Assembly (NCBI GenBank): GCA_963786105.1
Contig: CAWAXX010000017.1
Coordinates: forward strand, 246,452 to 310,451
Length of the DNA stretch: 64,000 nt
Direction of reading: 5' to 3'
Source of the DNA: Vulcanimicrobiota bacterium
Lineage (GTDB): Bacteria > Vulcanimicrobiota > Vulcanimicrobiia > Vulcanimicrobiales > Vulcanimicrobiaceae
The position numbers were made by a program, and so were the translations under genes. Positions 48,371 to 58,011 of this stretch are shown piece after piece; the stretch's first letter is position 1; each line of letters starts with the position of its first letter. The notes below the pieces were generated by a model, which was given only the letters and a program-made list of their open reading frames with translations, made no database searches and was not told where the DNA came from.

Positions 48371-49384
48371 ATGTCGGTAACCGTCGATCTCACGCGCGAA
48401 CCCCTGAGCGACGGCTTCAAACGCCCGATCACCTACCTGCGCGTCTCGGTGACCGACAAATGCAATCTTCGCTGCGTCTACTGCATGCCCGAATCGGGGC
48501 TGCCGTGGCTGCCTCGCGACGAAATCCTCACTTATGAAGAAATTCGCGACATCGTGCGGGCCGCCGCTTCGGTGGGCGTTCGGTCGATTCGCTTAACCGG
48601 CGGCGAACCGCTGGTGCGTCGCGACCTGCATCGGCTGGTGTCGGCGATCGCGGCGGTGCCGGGAATCGACGACATCGCGCTTTCGACCAACGGGCTGTTG
48701 CTGGAAGACCAGCTTCCCGCGCTCGCCGCCGCCGGCTTACGGCGCGTCAACGTCTCCCTCGACACCCTGGTACCGGAACGGTTTGAGGCGATCGCGCGAC
48801 GGCCGGGGCTCGATCGAGTCCTGCGCGGGATCGACGCGGCGCTGGCCCTCGGTTTGCAACCGCTCAAAATCAACTGCGTCGTGATGCGCGGTTCCAACGA
48901 CGATGAGATCGTCGCGTTTGCCGAACTCACGCGCGATCGTGCGGTCTTCGTGCGGTTTATCGAGGTTATGCCGGTTCACGAAAATTTGGAGTTGCAGGTC
49001 GGCACCTACGTGCCGTCCGACGAGATCCTCACCCGCATCGCTTCGCACCACGCGCTGCAACCGGTAGCGGGGCCTGCGGGCAACGGCCCGGCCAAGTATT
49101 TCGCTTTTGCCGGCGCTCGCGGCGCGGTCGGCGTTATCAGCCCGCTCTCGCACGATTATTGCGAGCGCTGCAACCGCGTTCGCCTCACCGCCGACGGGCG
49201 TTTGCGCTTGTGTCTGTTCGGCGATTACGCGGTCGATTTGCGCGGCCCGCTGCGGGCCGGCGGGAGCACGCAGGAGCTCGCCGGCTTGCTGCGCGCCTCA
49301 ATGTTGATCAAGCCCGAGCGCCATCACCTGCGACTTGGCGAAGCCTCCTCGAGGATGCGCGCCTTCTCTGAAATAGGCGGCTGA
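48371..49384 (+). CDS. moaA: GTP 3',8-cyclase
   Basis: YLRVSVTDKCNLRCVYC, TGGEP, CERCNRVRL, terminal IGG. Confidence 0.96.
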   Translation: MSVTVDLTREPLSDGFKRPITYLRVSVTDKCNLRCVYCMPESGLPWLPRDEILTYEEIRDIVRAAASVGVRSIRLTGGEPLVRRDLHRLVSAIAAVPGIDDIALSTNGLLLEDQLPALAAAGLRRVNVSLDTLVPERFEAIARRPGLDRVLRGIDAALALGLQPLKINCVVMRGSNDDEIVAFAELTRDRAVFVRFIEVMPVHENLELQVGTYVPSDEILTRIASHHALQPVAGPAGNGPAKYFAFAGARGAVGVISPLSHDYCERCNRVRLTADGRLRLCLFGDYAVDLRGPLRAGGSTQELAGLLRASMLIKPERHHLRLGEASSRMRAFSEIGG

Positions 49385-49389
49385 GGAAA

Positions 49390-49556
49390 TAGGTAGCGAC
49401 GGAAGCCTCCAAGCCCGTTGATCACGGGCGTCTGGTACGGGAGCGTCAAAGAGCGCTGGAGGCCGTCGCGTTCGGCCTCGAGCAGCCTTTTCGCTCGGAC
49501 TCGAAAAAGCGAGCGCCCGTAATCTAACGGGCCTGGAGGCTTCCGTCCGCTACCTA
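49390..49556 (-). ncRNA. Long rod-like structured RNA, 6S-like candidate
   Basis: ~41-bp terminal stem, central bubble, inner stem, apical loop; stem mismatches become G-U on the minus strand. Confidence 0.5.
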
Positions 49557-49604
49557 GAGTCACGACCCGTCGGCGTCGAACGTTGGCTGACAGAAGGGGG
49601 CCGG

Positions 49605-50135
49605 ATGGACGAGGTCTACCTGCAATCCGACCAGGGCAGCGTCGCGCAGATGCGCGTCGACGCGATGGTGCGCGAATACCAAAGCAAGCTCGCGCGGTAT
49701 CTCCGGCGCATGGTCGGCGATGCCGAAGTTGCGCTCGACCTGTCGCAGGACGTGTTTCTGTCCGCCTATCGGATCCTGAAGGTGGATCCCGAGCGTGAGC
49801 TCACTGCGGGCTGGCTGTATCGCGCCGCGACCAACGGGGCGATCTCGTTTATGCGCCGCCGAAAAATCGTGCGGATGCTACCGCTCGATCGCGACGTGGA
49901 CCGCGAGCAATGGCGGATCGACGAGCGCAGCGCGGCATCGGTGGATTTGCAGGCCGCCTTGCGGAGGCTTCCACCGGAACAGTCAGCGGCCGTGCTGCTG
50001 ACCAGTTATGCAGGTTACTCGTCGCAAGAGGCTGCGGCCATCCTAGGGACGACGTCGGACGCGATACGCCAACGGGTTTGCAGGGCCATGCGAATGCTAC
50101 GAACGGTGATGACGGAGAGAGCAAAGATTTCATGA
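49605..50135 (+). CDS. ECF RNA polymerase sigma factor
   Basis: DLSQDVF, WLYRAATN, L.RLP, GYS.QE.A.ILG. Confidence 0.92.
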   Translation: MDEVYLQSDQGSVAQMRVDAMVREYQSKLARYLRRMVGDAEVALDLSQDVFLSAYRILKVDPERELTAGWLYRAATNGAISFMRRRKIVRMLPLDRDVDREQWRIDERSAASVDLQAALRRLPPEQSAAVLLTSYAGYSSQEAAAILGTTSDAIRQRVCRAMRMLRTVMTERAKIS

Positions 50136-51097
50136 TCGCACACGATTGCGCGCGCGCCGAGATAACGGCGGGCGCGGTGGCACTCGGCGAAGCTTCGGAC
50201 GCGGAACGCGACGCGTATCGCCGTCACCTTTCGAATTGCCGCCGCTGCCTCGAGGGGTTGGGCGGTGAACGCGAGGTCGAACGGACGATGCAGTTGGTCG
50301 CGCAAGCGCGCGACGCCGAAAGTTGGGAACCCGACATTCGCGTCGCGCTGCGCGATCGCGCCCGCGTCAGTGGACGCGTCTGGCGATTTGGTCTGGCCGC
50401 CGCAGCGGCGATCGCCCTCGTTTCGATCGGCATCCGGGCGTGGATTCCGACCGCCGTCAAGTCCGATACGCCGCGTATCGCGCTCGCGTACCGAGCTCCG
50501 GTGGGAGCTTCGCATACGGAGCATCACTCCCCGGCCGGACACGATTTGGTCGTGCTGCACAACGTCGCGACCTTGAAACGTCCGCCGCTCGTCGCACCCG
50601 CGCGCGTCGCGCGTGCTGCTGCGCCCAAACACACCGCACCCGTCGCTGCTCGGCCGGTTATCAAGAGCGCGGCCTCGACCGTGGTAGCGGAGGCCGGCCC
50701 CTCACAACGTGACGAACGTTCGATCGCCGCGCTTCGCACGGTAGGAACCGCCCCGCCGCTGCCGCAGCGAGCGGAGTCGATCGCCGTATTGCCGGCGTCC
50801 ACCGTGAACCACGACGTCGTTCCGGTGGGCGGTGAGGGTGCGATCGTCCCGCATCCGTCGGCAATTGCCTACTATGAGAACGCCGAAGGAACGTCGGCAT
50901 TCGAAGTAACCGTCGACGAGCGCGGCCTGCCGGTGAAGTGTTCGATTACCAAGTCCTCGGGATACCTAGTTCTCGATGACGCCGTGTGCAAGGCCGCGAT
51001 GCGCGCCCGGTACGTGCCGCGGACGATCAACGGTCGAGCCGTGGCGAGCCTCTACCGCGACGCCTTTACGTTTGCCGCCGGCAGTGACGACCGATAG
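50132..51097 (+). CDS. ZAS (HxxxCxxC) anti-sigma fused to TM and TonB C-terminal domain
   Basis: HLSNCRRC, TM GLAAAAAIALVSIGI, Pro/Ala linker, VTVDERG...KSSGY..LDDA...ARY.P...NGRAV. Confidence 0.8.
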   Translation: MIAHDCARAEITAGAVALGEASDAERDAYRRHLSNCRRCLEGLGGEREVERTMQLVAQARDAESWEPDIRVALRDRARVSGRVWRFGLAAAAAIALVSIGIRAWIPTAVKSDTPRIALAYRAPVGASHTEHHSPAGHDLVVLHNVATLKRPPLVAPARVARAAAPKHTAPVAARPVIKSAASTVVAEAGPSQRDERSIAALRTVGTAPPLPQRAESIAVLPASTVNHDVVPVGGEGAIVPHPSAIAYYENAEGTSAFEVTVDERGLPVKCSITKSSGYLVLDDAVCKAAMRARYVPRTINGRAVASLYRDAFTFAAGSDDR

Positions 51098-51137
51098 CGA
51101 CTGAGGGACCGGTCACGATACTCTAGAAACGCGCGGC

Positions 51138-52565
51138 ATGGCCGGCGATCGTTTCATTTATCGGTTCGTCCGCGATCTGCGCCTCGACGATCACGCCGGC
51201 CTGAACGCCGCTGCGGCGCGTGGTGCCATCGTGCCGGTGTTGATCGTCGATAAGGCACTCCAGTCAAGGCTGGCACGTTCGCCGCGACGTGCGGCCTTTT
51301 TTTGTCGCGCCGTCGCCGCGCTCGACGCCGAACTGCACGAACGGGGCAGCCGACTCCTGGTCCGCCGCGGACCGCCGGGTGCACGCATCAAGGAGATCGC
51401 GCGTGAAGTCGATGCCGCCGGCGCCGCATGGAGCGCGGCTTACGACGGAGACACGATTCAGGCCGACGCGCGTTTGCAGTCGGAGCTCGAAGAGGCCGGA
51501 CTCGCGGCCTCGATCGTGCACGACGCTCCGGCCATTCCGCCGGACGAAACGGCCGCCGCTCGGTCGAGCGCCGGAGACGGCTATCGCGCTTTCGCCCCGT
51601 ACTTCGAGGTGTGGCGCGATCTGCCGGTCGCTTCGCACGAGCATCCGCTGCTGGTGCGCTTCGCGCGCAGCGATGCGCCGACCGAAAACCTGCCCCAGCC
51701 CGAGGAGTTTGGCGCTCGGGAGAACCTGGCCGACGCGGGCCCGTCGGCGGCGCGCGGCGTGCTCGAACGATTCTTGCGCGAATCCGCGATGCACTACGCG
51801 CCGGCGGCGACGGTTCCAGCCGACGACGGCACGTCGCACTTGAGCGCCCATCTGTCGTTCGGAGGGATCTCGGCTCGAAGCGCCGTTACGGCCGCGCGCG
51901 AGCGTTTGGAAGACCCGCTGCTTCTGAGCGAAGAACGCTTTTCGCTCCGATTGTTCCTGCGCGCACTCGCGCGCCGCGATTTCTTCCTTCAGCTCGGCTG
52001 GTTTCACCCGCGAAGCGAAACCGAGACGCTACAGGAGAAGATGCGCGGCTTCGCATTTACGCGTTCGCATTCGGCGCTGGATGCGTGGCGTGCCGGCACC
52101 ACCGGGTTCCCGCTGGTCGACGCCGGCATCCGCCAGCTGCACGAGACGGGATGGATGCATCCGCACGTGCGCGCGGTTGCGGCTTCGTTCTTATGCTTCG
52201 ACCTTGGAGTGGATTGGCGCACGGGCCGGGAGGAGTGGGACCGCTGGCTGGTCGAGGACGATCCGGCGCTTGCCACCGGAAACTGGCAATGGATTGCCGG
52301 CGTCGGCGCCGATATGGCGCAATATCCGCGAATTTACAATCCGGAACGACAGCGGCGGCGCTGCGATCCCGACGGAGCCTACGTACGCCGATGGGTTCGC
52401 GAGCTCGAACGGGTGTCGATGTCGACCTGGCGCGGCTCGCCCTCGGATTCGCCCCAACTCGCGCTGGACTTTTCCTCGCCTACCGGCTATCCTCGACCGG
52501 TCGTCGAGCACGAGCGCGCGGCGCGAGAGTTCTTGATCCGCTACCGCGCGTTCGTTTCAGCTTGA
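51138..52565 (+). CDS. DNA photolyase/cryptochrome family protein
   Basis: RDLRLDDH, TSHLSAHLSFG, GTTGFPLVDAGIRQL..TGWMH, GNWQW.AG, RIYNP. Confidence 0.92.
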   Translation: MAGDRFIYRFVRDLRLDDHAGLNAAAARGAIVPVLIVDKALQSRLARSPRRAAFFCRAVAALDAELHERGSRLLVRRGPPGARIKEIAREVDAAGAAWSAAYDGDTIQADARLQSELEEAGLAASIVHDAPAIPPDETAAARSSAGDGYRAFAPYFEVWRDLPVASHEHPLLVRFARSDAPTENLPQPEEFGARENLADAGPSAARGVLERFLRESAMHYAPAATVPADDGTSHLSAHLSFGGISARSAVTAARERLEDPLLLSEERFSLRLFLRALARRDFFLQLGWFHPRSETETLQEKMRGFAFTRSHSALDAWRAGTTGFPLVDAGIRQLHETGWMHPHVRAVAASFLCFDLGVDWRTGREEWDRWLVEDDPALATGNWQWIAGVGADMAQYPRIYNPERQRRRCDPDGAYVRRWVRELERVSMSTWRGSPSDSPQLALDFSSPTGYPRPVVEHERAAREFLIRYRAFVSA

Positions 52566-53132
52566 GCGTGATGCGTCGCCGGGAAGCCGGTCTTCGATCC
52601 AACCGCTGATAATCGGCACGCGCACTTCGTCGCCGTTCCACGTTTTAATTCCGAAATAGACGCTCGCTACCAAAAAGAGCGGAATGAGGAACGGGATCAA
52701 CACGGAAGCCGAGAAGCCCAAGAACGGTACGTTGGCAAGCAACGTCAGCAGACCGGCGAAGCCTGCCATGCCGACGTTGAAGCCGAGCGCTTGGAACGCC
52801 TGCAGCCGGAGGTAGCGCGATTGTTTTCGATCGAAGAGCGACAGCAACGCGAGCGGCCAGAGCGGGTAGCCGAGGGCCACGAGCGCGCGCGATTCGAGCG
52901 GGTCGTCAGGCACGGCGATCTCGGCCTTCGTGACGACGGCTGGTCGCGGCTGCGGCCGGGGCGGAACGCGGCCGCCGATCGGCTGGTGCGTCGCCGTTGC
53001 GGCTTGGACTTTGGCGGCCAGCCGGCAGCTGGGGCACGAGCCGTTTTCGTCGCGGCACGTCGCGCAAATTGGTTTGTTGCAGTCGGCACACGGCGCGATC
53101 GACGGAACGTTCGAGTGGAAATAGCAGTCCAT
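52557..53132 (-). CDS. B-box-like zinc finger plus DUF4870-like membrane protein
   Basis: C.FH...C..C.KPIC..C...CPSC; ALGY, QAFQA, RVPII. Confidence 0.7.
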   Translation of the reverse strand: MDCYFHSNVPSIAPCADCNKPICATCRDENGSCPSCRLAAKVQAATATHQPIGGRVPPRPQPRPAVVTKAEIAVPDDPLESRALVALGYPLWPLALLSLFDRKQSRYLRLQAFQALGFNVGMAGFAGLLTLLANVPFLGFSASVLIPFLIPLFLVASVYFGIKTWNGDEVRVPIISGWIEDRLPGDASRSS

Positions 53133-53218
53133 GGACTCCCCTTTCAGCATCTATTGCCAGGTACCGGCGCGAGCCAGGGGAGGTTTCACGCGGCGGCGGC
53201 GGCAAGTCCGTGCCGCCG

Positions 53219-54970
53219 ATGAGCCGCCGCTCGATTCTCCATCGCCTGGCGCGCGAAGCGCGCCCGTACTACCCGCGCATCGCGGTCGCCACGGCGCTGG
53301 GCGCTTTGGCCGGGGTGCTGACGCTTGTGCCACCCACGGCTTTTCGCATCATCATCAATCAAGTGCTGGCGCCGCCGCACGGGCGCCCGCCGGATTTGCA
53401 CGCGCTCTACGTGGCCTTGATCATAACGTTTGGCGCCCTCGTGTTGGCCAACGTCGCGATTTACTATCAAACGTATATAACGGCCTGGAGCGGACAGCAC
53501 CTGATCGCCCGTTTGCGCATACGGCTGTTCGAGCGCCTCCTCAACTTGCCGCTCGAGACGTTCGACAAGTGGCGACCGGGCGAGCTGATTTCGAGATTCA
53601 GCACGGACCTCCAATTGATGACCGACGCGGTCAGCGTGTCGGTTCCGCAACTCGTGGTCGCACTGGTGACGTTCGTATCCTCATTCGCCACGATGATCTA
53701 CCTCGACTGGCTCCTGACGCTGTCCTTGATCATCGTCGCCCCTATGGTTACCTACGCGGTTTCGAAGTTCCAAGGCCTCATCACCGCAAGCACCCACCGG
53801 GCACAGGCGCGTATCGCCGACCTGTCCGCAAACCTGACGGAGGTCCTGCAAGGCCAGCGCGTCGTCAAGGCATTCGGCCGCGAAGAGTTCGAGGTCGGCC
53901 GTTTCGCGACGCGTAATGAAGACTTTTTCGGTGCGTACATGAAGTTGACGCAGTTCATTCAGACGCAGCCTGTCGTCGTATCGACGATTATGGTCGCCGC
54001 GGTCGTTTTCATCATGTGGCTCTCGGTTCGCGAGGTGTTGCGCGGCCGGCTCGATACCGGAACCGTGTTCATGTACTGGGCGCTGCTGGTCAATCTCATG
54101 AATCCAATGAATCGCGTCGCGGCGTTTTTCGGCGACATCAGCAAGGCGGTGGTGGGTGCCGGGCGCGTGTTCGAGGTGCTGGATCTCCCGGTCGAAACGC
54201 GCGACGAAGGCGGCGCGCGTCCGTTCCCGGCCGTGCGCGGGCGCGTAACGTTCGACGACGTGTCGTTTTCGTACGGTGACGAAGAATCGCCGGCGTTGTC
54301 GCACGTGAACGCCACTATCGAAGAAGGCGAAATCGTCGCCCTCGTGGGCCCGTCGGGAGCGGGTAAAACGACCATCGTGAATCTCGTGCCGCGATTTTAC
54401 ACGCCGCAAGACGGATGCATTCGAATCGACGGCGTGGATATCGCGTCGGTACGGCTTCCGGATTTACGCCGCGCGATAGCGATCGTTCCGCAAGACCCGC
54501 AGCTCTTTCGCGGCTCGATCCTGGAAAATATCCGCTACGGCCGCTTGGAAGCCTCCGACGACCAGGTGCTGGCGGCCGCACGCGAGGCCAACGTCGACGA
54601 TTTCGTGAGGGCGTTTTCCGGCGGCTATGCCACCGAGGTGGGGGAACGCGGCGTGCGGCTGTCAGGGGGCGAACGTCAGCGTATCGCGATTGCGAGGGCC
54701 ATTTTGCGTGATCCGCGCATTTTGATCTTGGACGAGGCCACCAGCGCCCTAGACAGCCACTCGGAGGCCATGATCGAGCAGGCTCTCGACCGGCTGCTGC
54801 CGGGACGAACGACGTTGATCATCGCGCACCGCCTCTCCACCATCCGTCGCGCCCACAAAGTGCTCTACATCGAAGCGGGGAGAGTGCTCGAAATCGGCAC
54901 GCACGAAGAGTTGCTTGCACGCGGTGGCGCGTACGCGCGTCTCCACGCGGCGCAATTTACGGTCAAGTAG
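53219..54970 (+). CDS. ABC exporter (MsbA-like TMD+NBD)
   Basis: TM domain, GPSGAGKT, LSGGERQR, LDEATSALD, IAHRLST. Confidence 0.92.
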   Translation: MSRRSILHRLAREARPYYPRIAVATALGALAGVLTLVPPTAFRIIINQVLAPPHGRPPDLHALYVALIITFGALVLANVAIYYQTYITAWSGQHLIARLRIRLFERLLNLPLETFDKWRPGELISRFSTDLQLMTDAVSVSVPQLVVALVTFVSSFATMIYLDWLLTLSLIIVAPMVTYAVSKFQGLITASTHRAQARIADLSANLTEVLQGQRVVKAFGREEFEVGRFATRNEDFFGAYMKLTQFIQTQPVVVSTIMVAAVVFIMWLSVREVLRGRLDTGTVFMYWALLVNLMNPMNRVAAFFGDISKAVVGAGRVFEVLDLPVETRDEGGARPFPAVRGRVTFDDVSFSYGDEESPALSHVNATIEEGEIVALVGPSGAGKTTIVNLVPRFYTPQDGCIRIDGVDIASVRLPDLRRAIAIVPQDPQLFRGSILENIRYGRLEASDDQVLAAAREANVDDFVRAFSGGYATEVGERGVRLSGGERQRIAIARAILRDPRILILDEATSALDSHSEAMIEQALDRLLPGRTTLIIAHRLSTIRRAHKVLYIEAGRVLEIGTHEELLARGGAYARLHAAQFTVK

Positions 54971-55196
54971 ACGTGTCGTCCCGAGCGGAGCGCGTGTCAT
55001 CCTGAGCGGAGCGCCGCAGGCGCGTAGTCGAAGGACGCATAGTCGAAGGACGCGCGTTCGACGAGCGCCGGATGGCAAGTTCGGGCGGCGCAACGATGCC
55101 GAGCTTCACCGTATCGCGCTCGATGCCGACGACGACGATGCGAACGTCGTCGCCGATCGCGATCGACTGATCGATCTTCCGGGTAAGCACGAGCAC
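54963..55196 (-). CDS. csrA: Carbon storage regulator CsrA with repeat-derived C-terminus
   Basis: MLVLTRK..QSI.IGDD.RI.V.......VKLGI.AP. Confidence 0.85.
   Translation of the reverse strand: MLVLTRKIDQSIAIGDDVRIVVVGIERDTVKLGIVAPPELAIRRSSNARPSTMRPSTTRLRRSAQDDTRSARDDTST
54975..55051. repeat. Nested REP-like elements
   Basis: Full copy 54996-55036 flanked by left half GTCGTCCCGAGCGGAGCGC and right half GCATAGTCGAAGGAC. Confidence 0.75.
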
Positions 55197-55200
55197 GGGG

Positions 55201-55935
55201 CTAACCTCTCACGCGCACGCCGCGCTCCTGGGCGATTAGCGCGGCGGCGTTGTAAAGGCTCTCGAACTGCCCGGCGTCGGTCCACCATCCTCGGAGGACG
55301 TCGAAATGCATATCGCCGTTGGCAATATAGCGATTGTTGACATCGGTGATTTCCAGCTCGCCGCGCGCCGAAGGCGTGAGATCGCGGATGAAGTCGAAGA
55401 CGCGCCGGTCGTACATGTAAATGCCGGTAACGGCATACGAGCTTTTCGGATACTCGGGCTTTTCTTCGATGTTTACGATGCGGTTAGCTTCGAGTTGCGC
55501 CACGCCGAATCGCTGCGGGTCAGGCACTTCCTTGAGCAGAAGGCGCGCGCCCGACTTTTGATTCTTAAACTTACGGACATAGGGGGCGATGTCGTCCTGG
55601 ACGAGGTTGTCGCCCAAAACGACGAGAATTCGGCCGCCCTCGGCGAAGTGTTCGCAGAGTTTGAGCGCGTCGGCGATCCCACCCTCGCCGTCCTGATACG
55701 TGTAGGCGATGTCCTTCAGACCAAAGTCGGCGCCGTTTCCGAGCAGGCGGAGGAAATCACCCGCGGAGCTTCCGCCGGTAACGATCATGATGTCGCGGAT
55801 GCCGGCGCGGCACAACGTTTCGATTGGATAGTAGATCATCGGCCGGTCGTAGACGGGCAGCAGGTGTTTGTTGGTGACTTTGGTGAGGGGTCTCAGCCGG
55901 GTCCCGAGCCCACCCGCTAGGATGACACCTTTCAA
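55201..55935 (-). CDS. rfbA: Glucose-1-phosphate thymidylyltransferase (short RmlA/SpsI type)
   Basis: GVILAGG.GTRL.PLT, KHLLPVYD.PM, LGDN, EEKP, RGELEITD, WTDAG; GGAGG RBS. Confidence 0.88.
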   Translation of the reverse strand: MKGVILAGGLGTRLRPLTKVTNKHLLPVYDRPMIYYPIETLCRAGIRDIMIVTGGSSAGDFLRLLGNGADFGLKDIAYTYQDGEGGIADALKLCEHFAEGGRILVVLGDNLVQDDIAPYVRKFKNQKSGARLLLKEVPDPQRFGVAQLEANRIVNIEEKPEYPKSSYAVTGIYMYDRRVFDFIRDLTPSARGELEITDVNNRYIANGDMHFDVLRGWWTDAGQFESLYNAAALIAQERGVRVRG

Positions 55936-55977
55936 CGGCAATCCTCCAACGACGTGAATCGCCGCTGCTTACTGCGT

Positions 55978-56108
55978 CCGTCGCTTCAGGCCCTGGCATC
56001 TTCCTCGTGCCCCAAGCAAGACGCTGGAGCTCGATTAAATTGGCAGGGTTCGTAGGAAAGTGACCCGCCCGGGTCGATACAAGCGTAACGGATGCCCACA
56101 GACGACCG
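55978..56108 (-). ncRNA. EAR/epsC-like cis-regulatory RNA in rfbA leader
   Basis: Nested helices GGCATC/GATGCC, ACGCT/AGCGT, TCGA/TCGA, GGCGGGT/ACCCTGCC; GTATCGA, GAGCTCCA, GAGGA.GATGCCAGGGCCT motifs recalled from EAR-type RNAs. Confidence 0.55.
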
Positions 56109-56210
56109 ATTCCGATCTCGACGTACTCGAGTCGTGTACGGTCCATGTCCGCAGCGAGGCGTTTTCGACTCCGTGCTCCCATAAACCAACTTCCTAGAAA
56201 GGAACTCCAG

Positions 56211-56765
56211 TTGAACCAGGGATTCACCGTGTGGCTTACCGGTTTGTCCGGCGCGGGCAAGAGTACCATCGCCGAACTACTCGCACCAGAGCTGACCGCT
56301 CGCGGTCGCAAGGTCGAGGTGCTCGACGGCGACGAGGTCCGCACCCATCTTTCGAAGGGGCTCGGATTCAGCCGCGAAGACCGTGACATTAATATCGGGC
56401 GCATTTCGTTCGTGGCCTCGCTGCTCGTCAAGCACGGCGCCGCCGTCATCACCGCCGCCATCTCGCCGTACGCGCAAGCGAGAGCCGAGGCGCGCCAACG
56501 CATCGGAGACGACCGGTTCGTCGAAGTCTACGTGCGCTGCTCTTTGAACGAACTCACGCGACGCGACGTCAAGGGCCTGTACGCGAAGGCGATCGCCGGC
56601 GAACTGAAACACTTTACCGGAGTTTCCGACCCGTACGAAGCTCCTGAAAAACCCGACGTCGTGGTCGACAGCGAGCTCGAAGCGGTCGAAGAGAGCGTGG
56701 CGAAAATCCTTACGGAACTCGAGAAACGCGGCTACGTGCGCGCGGACGTCAAGGCGGCCGTATGA
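56211..56765 (+). CDS. cysC: Adenylyl-sulfate kinase
   Basis: [34 protein letters not shown]. Confidence 0.95.
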   Translation: MNQGFTVWLTGLSGAGKSTIAELLAPELTARGRKVEVLDGDEVRTHLSKGLGFSREDRDINIGRISFVASLLVKHGAAVITAAISPYAQARAEARQRIGDDRFVEVYVRCSLNELTRRDVKGLYAKAIAGELKHFTGVSDPYEAPEKPDVVVDSELEAVEESVAKILTELEKRGYVRADVKAAV

Positions 56766-57907
56766 TCACTCCTCACGGCGGCAAGCTCATCAATCGGACC
56801 GTCAACTCCCCGCAGGCCGAGCGGGACTTACGCGAGGAAGCGAAAGGGCTTCGAAGCCTCACGCTCAGTGGTCGCGAGCTGAACGACCTTGCGTTGATCG
56901 GTAACGGTGCTTTCAGCCCGCTTACCGGGTTCATGACTCGCAAGGATTACGACAACGTCGTTACGTCGATGCGCCTGGCGGGTGGGCTGCCTTGGAGCAT
57001 CCCCGTGGTTCTGGCGGTCGATCGGGAAGAAGCGCCTAGCCCGGGCTCCCGGGCGGCGCTGTACGATACGGAAGGTGAACTCCGCGGCGTCATCGAGGTC
57101 GAGGAAGTATTCGAGCACGATAAGCTGCGCGAAGCGCAAAACGTCTATCGAACCGAAGACCAAAAGCATCCGGGCGTCGCCGCGCTCTACGAGCGTAAAG
57201 ACGTGCTCATCGGCGGCCCCGTCTGGGTGCTCCCGCGCGAACACGATCCGGCGAGTCTTTCGCCGATGGAGACGCGCGCCGAGTTCGAACGCCGCGGTTG
57301 GAAAACGATCGTCGGCTTCCAAACGCGCAACCCGGTGCATCGCGCTCACGAATACATTCAGAAGTGTGCGATGGAGGTCGTCGACGGATTGCTTCTTCAT
57401 CCGCTCGTCGGAGAAACTAAGAGCGACGACATTCCTGCAGACGTGCGCATGCGGTGCTACCGGACGCTGCTGGAGAACTACTATCCGGCCGATCGCGTGG
57501 TGCTGAGCACGCTGCCGGCGGCAATGCGATACGCCGGTCCGCGCGAAGCGATTTTCCACGCGATGATCCGCAAGAACTACGGTTGCACGCACTTCATCGT
57601 CGGGCGCGATCACGCCGGCGTGGGGAGCTACTATGGAACCTACGACGCACAGAAGCTGTTCGACGAGTTCACGGCAGAAGAGTTGGGCATCATGCCCCTC
57701 AAGTTCGAAAACAGCTTCTACTGCCGCCGCTGTCAATCGATGGGGTCGCAGAAGACGTGCAGCCACGATCCCGCCAACCACGTTTCGCTTAGCGGCACGG
57801 CGGTGCGCGAGATGTTGCGCGCAGGAGAGCTGCCGCCGCCGGAGTTCTCGCGACCGGAGGTTGCCCAAATTCTGATCGACGCCTCGCGGGAAGCCGCCTC
57901 GGCCTAA
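56762..57907 (+). CDS. sat: Sulfate adenylyltransferase
   Basis: [36 protein letters not shown]. Confidence 0.95.
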   Translation: MITPHGGKLINRTVNSPQAERDLREEAKGLRSLTLSGRELNDLALIGNGAFSPLTGFMTRKDYDNVVTSMRLAGGLPWSIPVVLAVDREEAPSPGSRAALYDTEGELRGVIEVEEVFEHDKLREAQNVYRTEDQKHPGVAALYERKDVLIGGPVWVLPREHDPASLSPMETRAEFERRGWKTIVGFQTRNPVHRAHEYIQKCAMEVVDGLLLHPLVGETKSDDIPADVRMRCYRTLLENYYPADRVVLSTLPAAMRYAGPREAIFHAMIRKNYGCTHFIVGRDHAGVGSYYGTYDAQKLFDEFTAEELGIMPLKFENSFYCRRCQSMGSQKTCSHDPANHVSLSGTAVREMLRAGELPPPEFSRPEVAQILIDASREAASA

Positions 57908-57914
57908 CCTAAGC

Positions 57915-57940
57915 GTGGGGCGAACCCGTGTTCGCCCCAC
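57915..57940. repeat. Perfect palindrome (REP-like or terminator) after sat
   Basis: GTGGGGCGAAC-CCGT-GTTCGCCCCAC. Confidence 0.6.
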
Positions 57941-57977
57941 CAAATCCCGCGGCTATCCGCGTGAGGCTGCACCCGCG

Positions 57978-58006
57978 TGGACCCCGGCGGGGGCCCGTGG
58001 TATACT
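57978..58006 (+). promoter_or_regulatory. rpsB promoter
   Basis: TGGACC-N17-TATACT with extended TG. Confidence 0.7.
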
Positions 58007-58011
58007 GTCGC

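Noticed and set aside
55978..56160. SAM riboswitch, glmS ribozyme or SRP RNA upstream of cysC/rfbA
   Set aside because: Core motifs absent (AUCnAGAG/GCAACC, AGCGCC..GACGAGG, CAGG..GGAAGGAAGCAG); the EAR-like reading fits better
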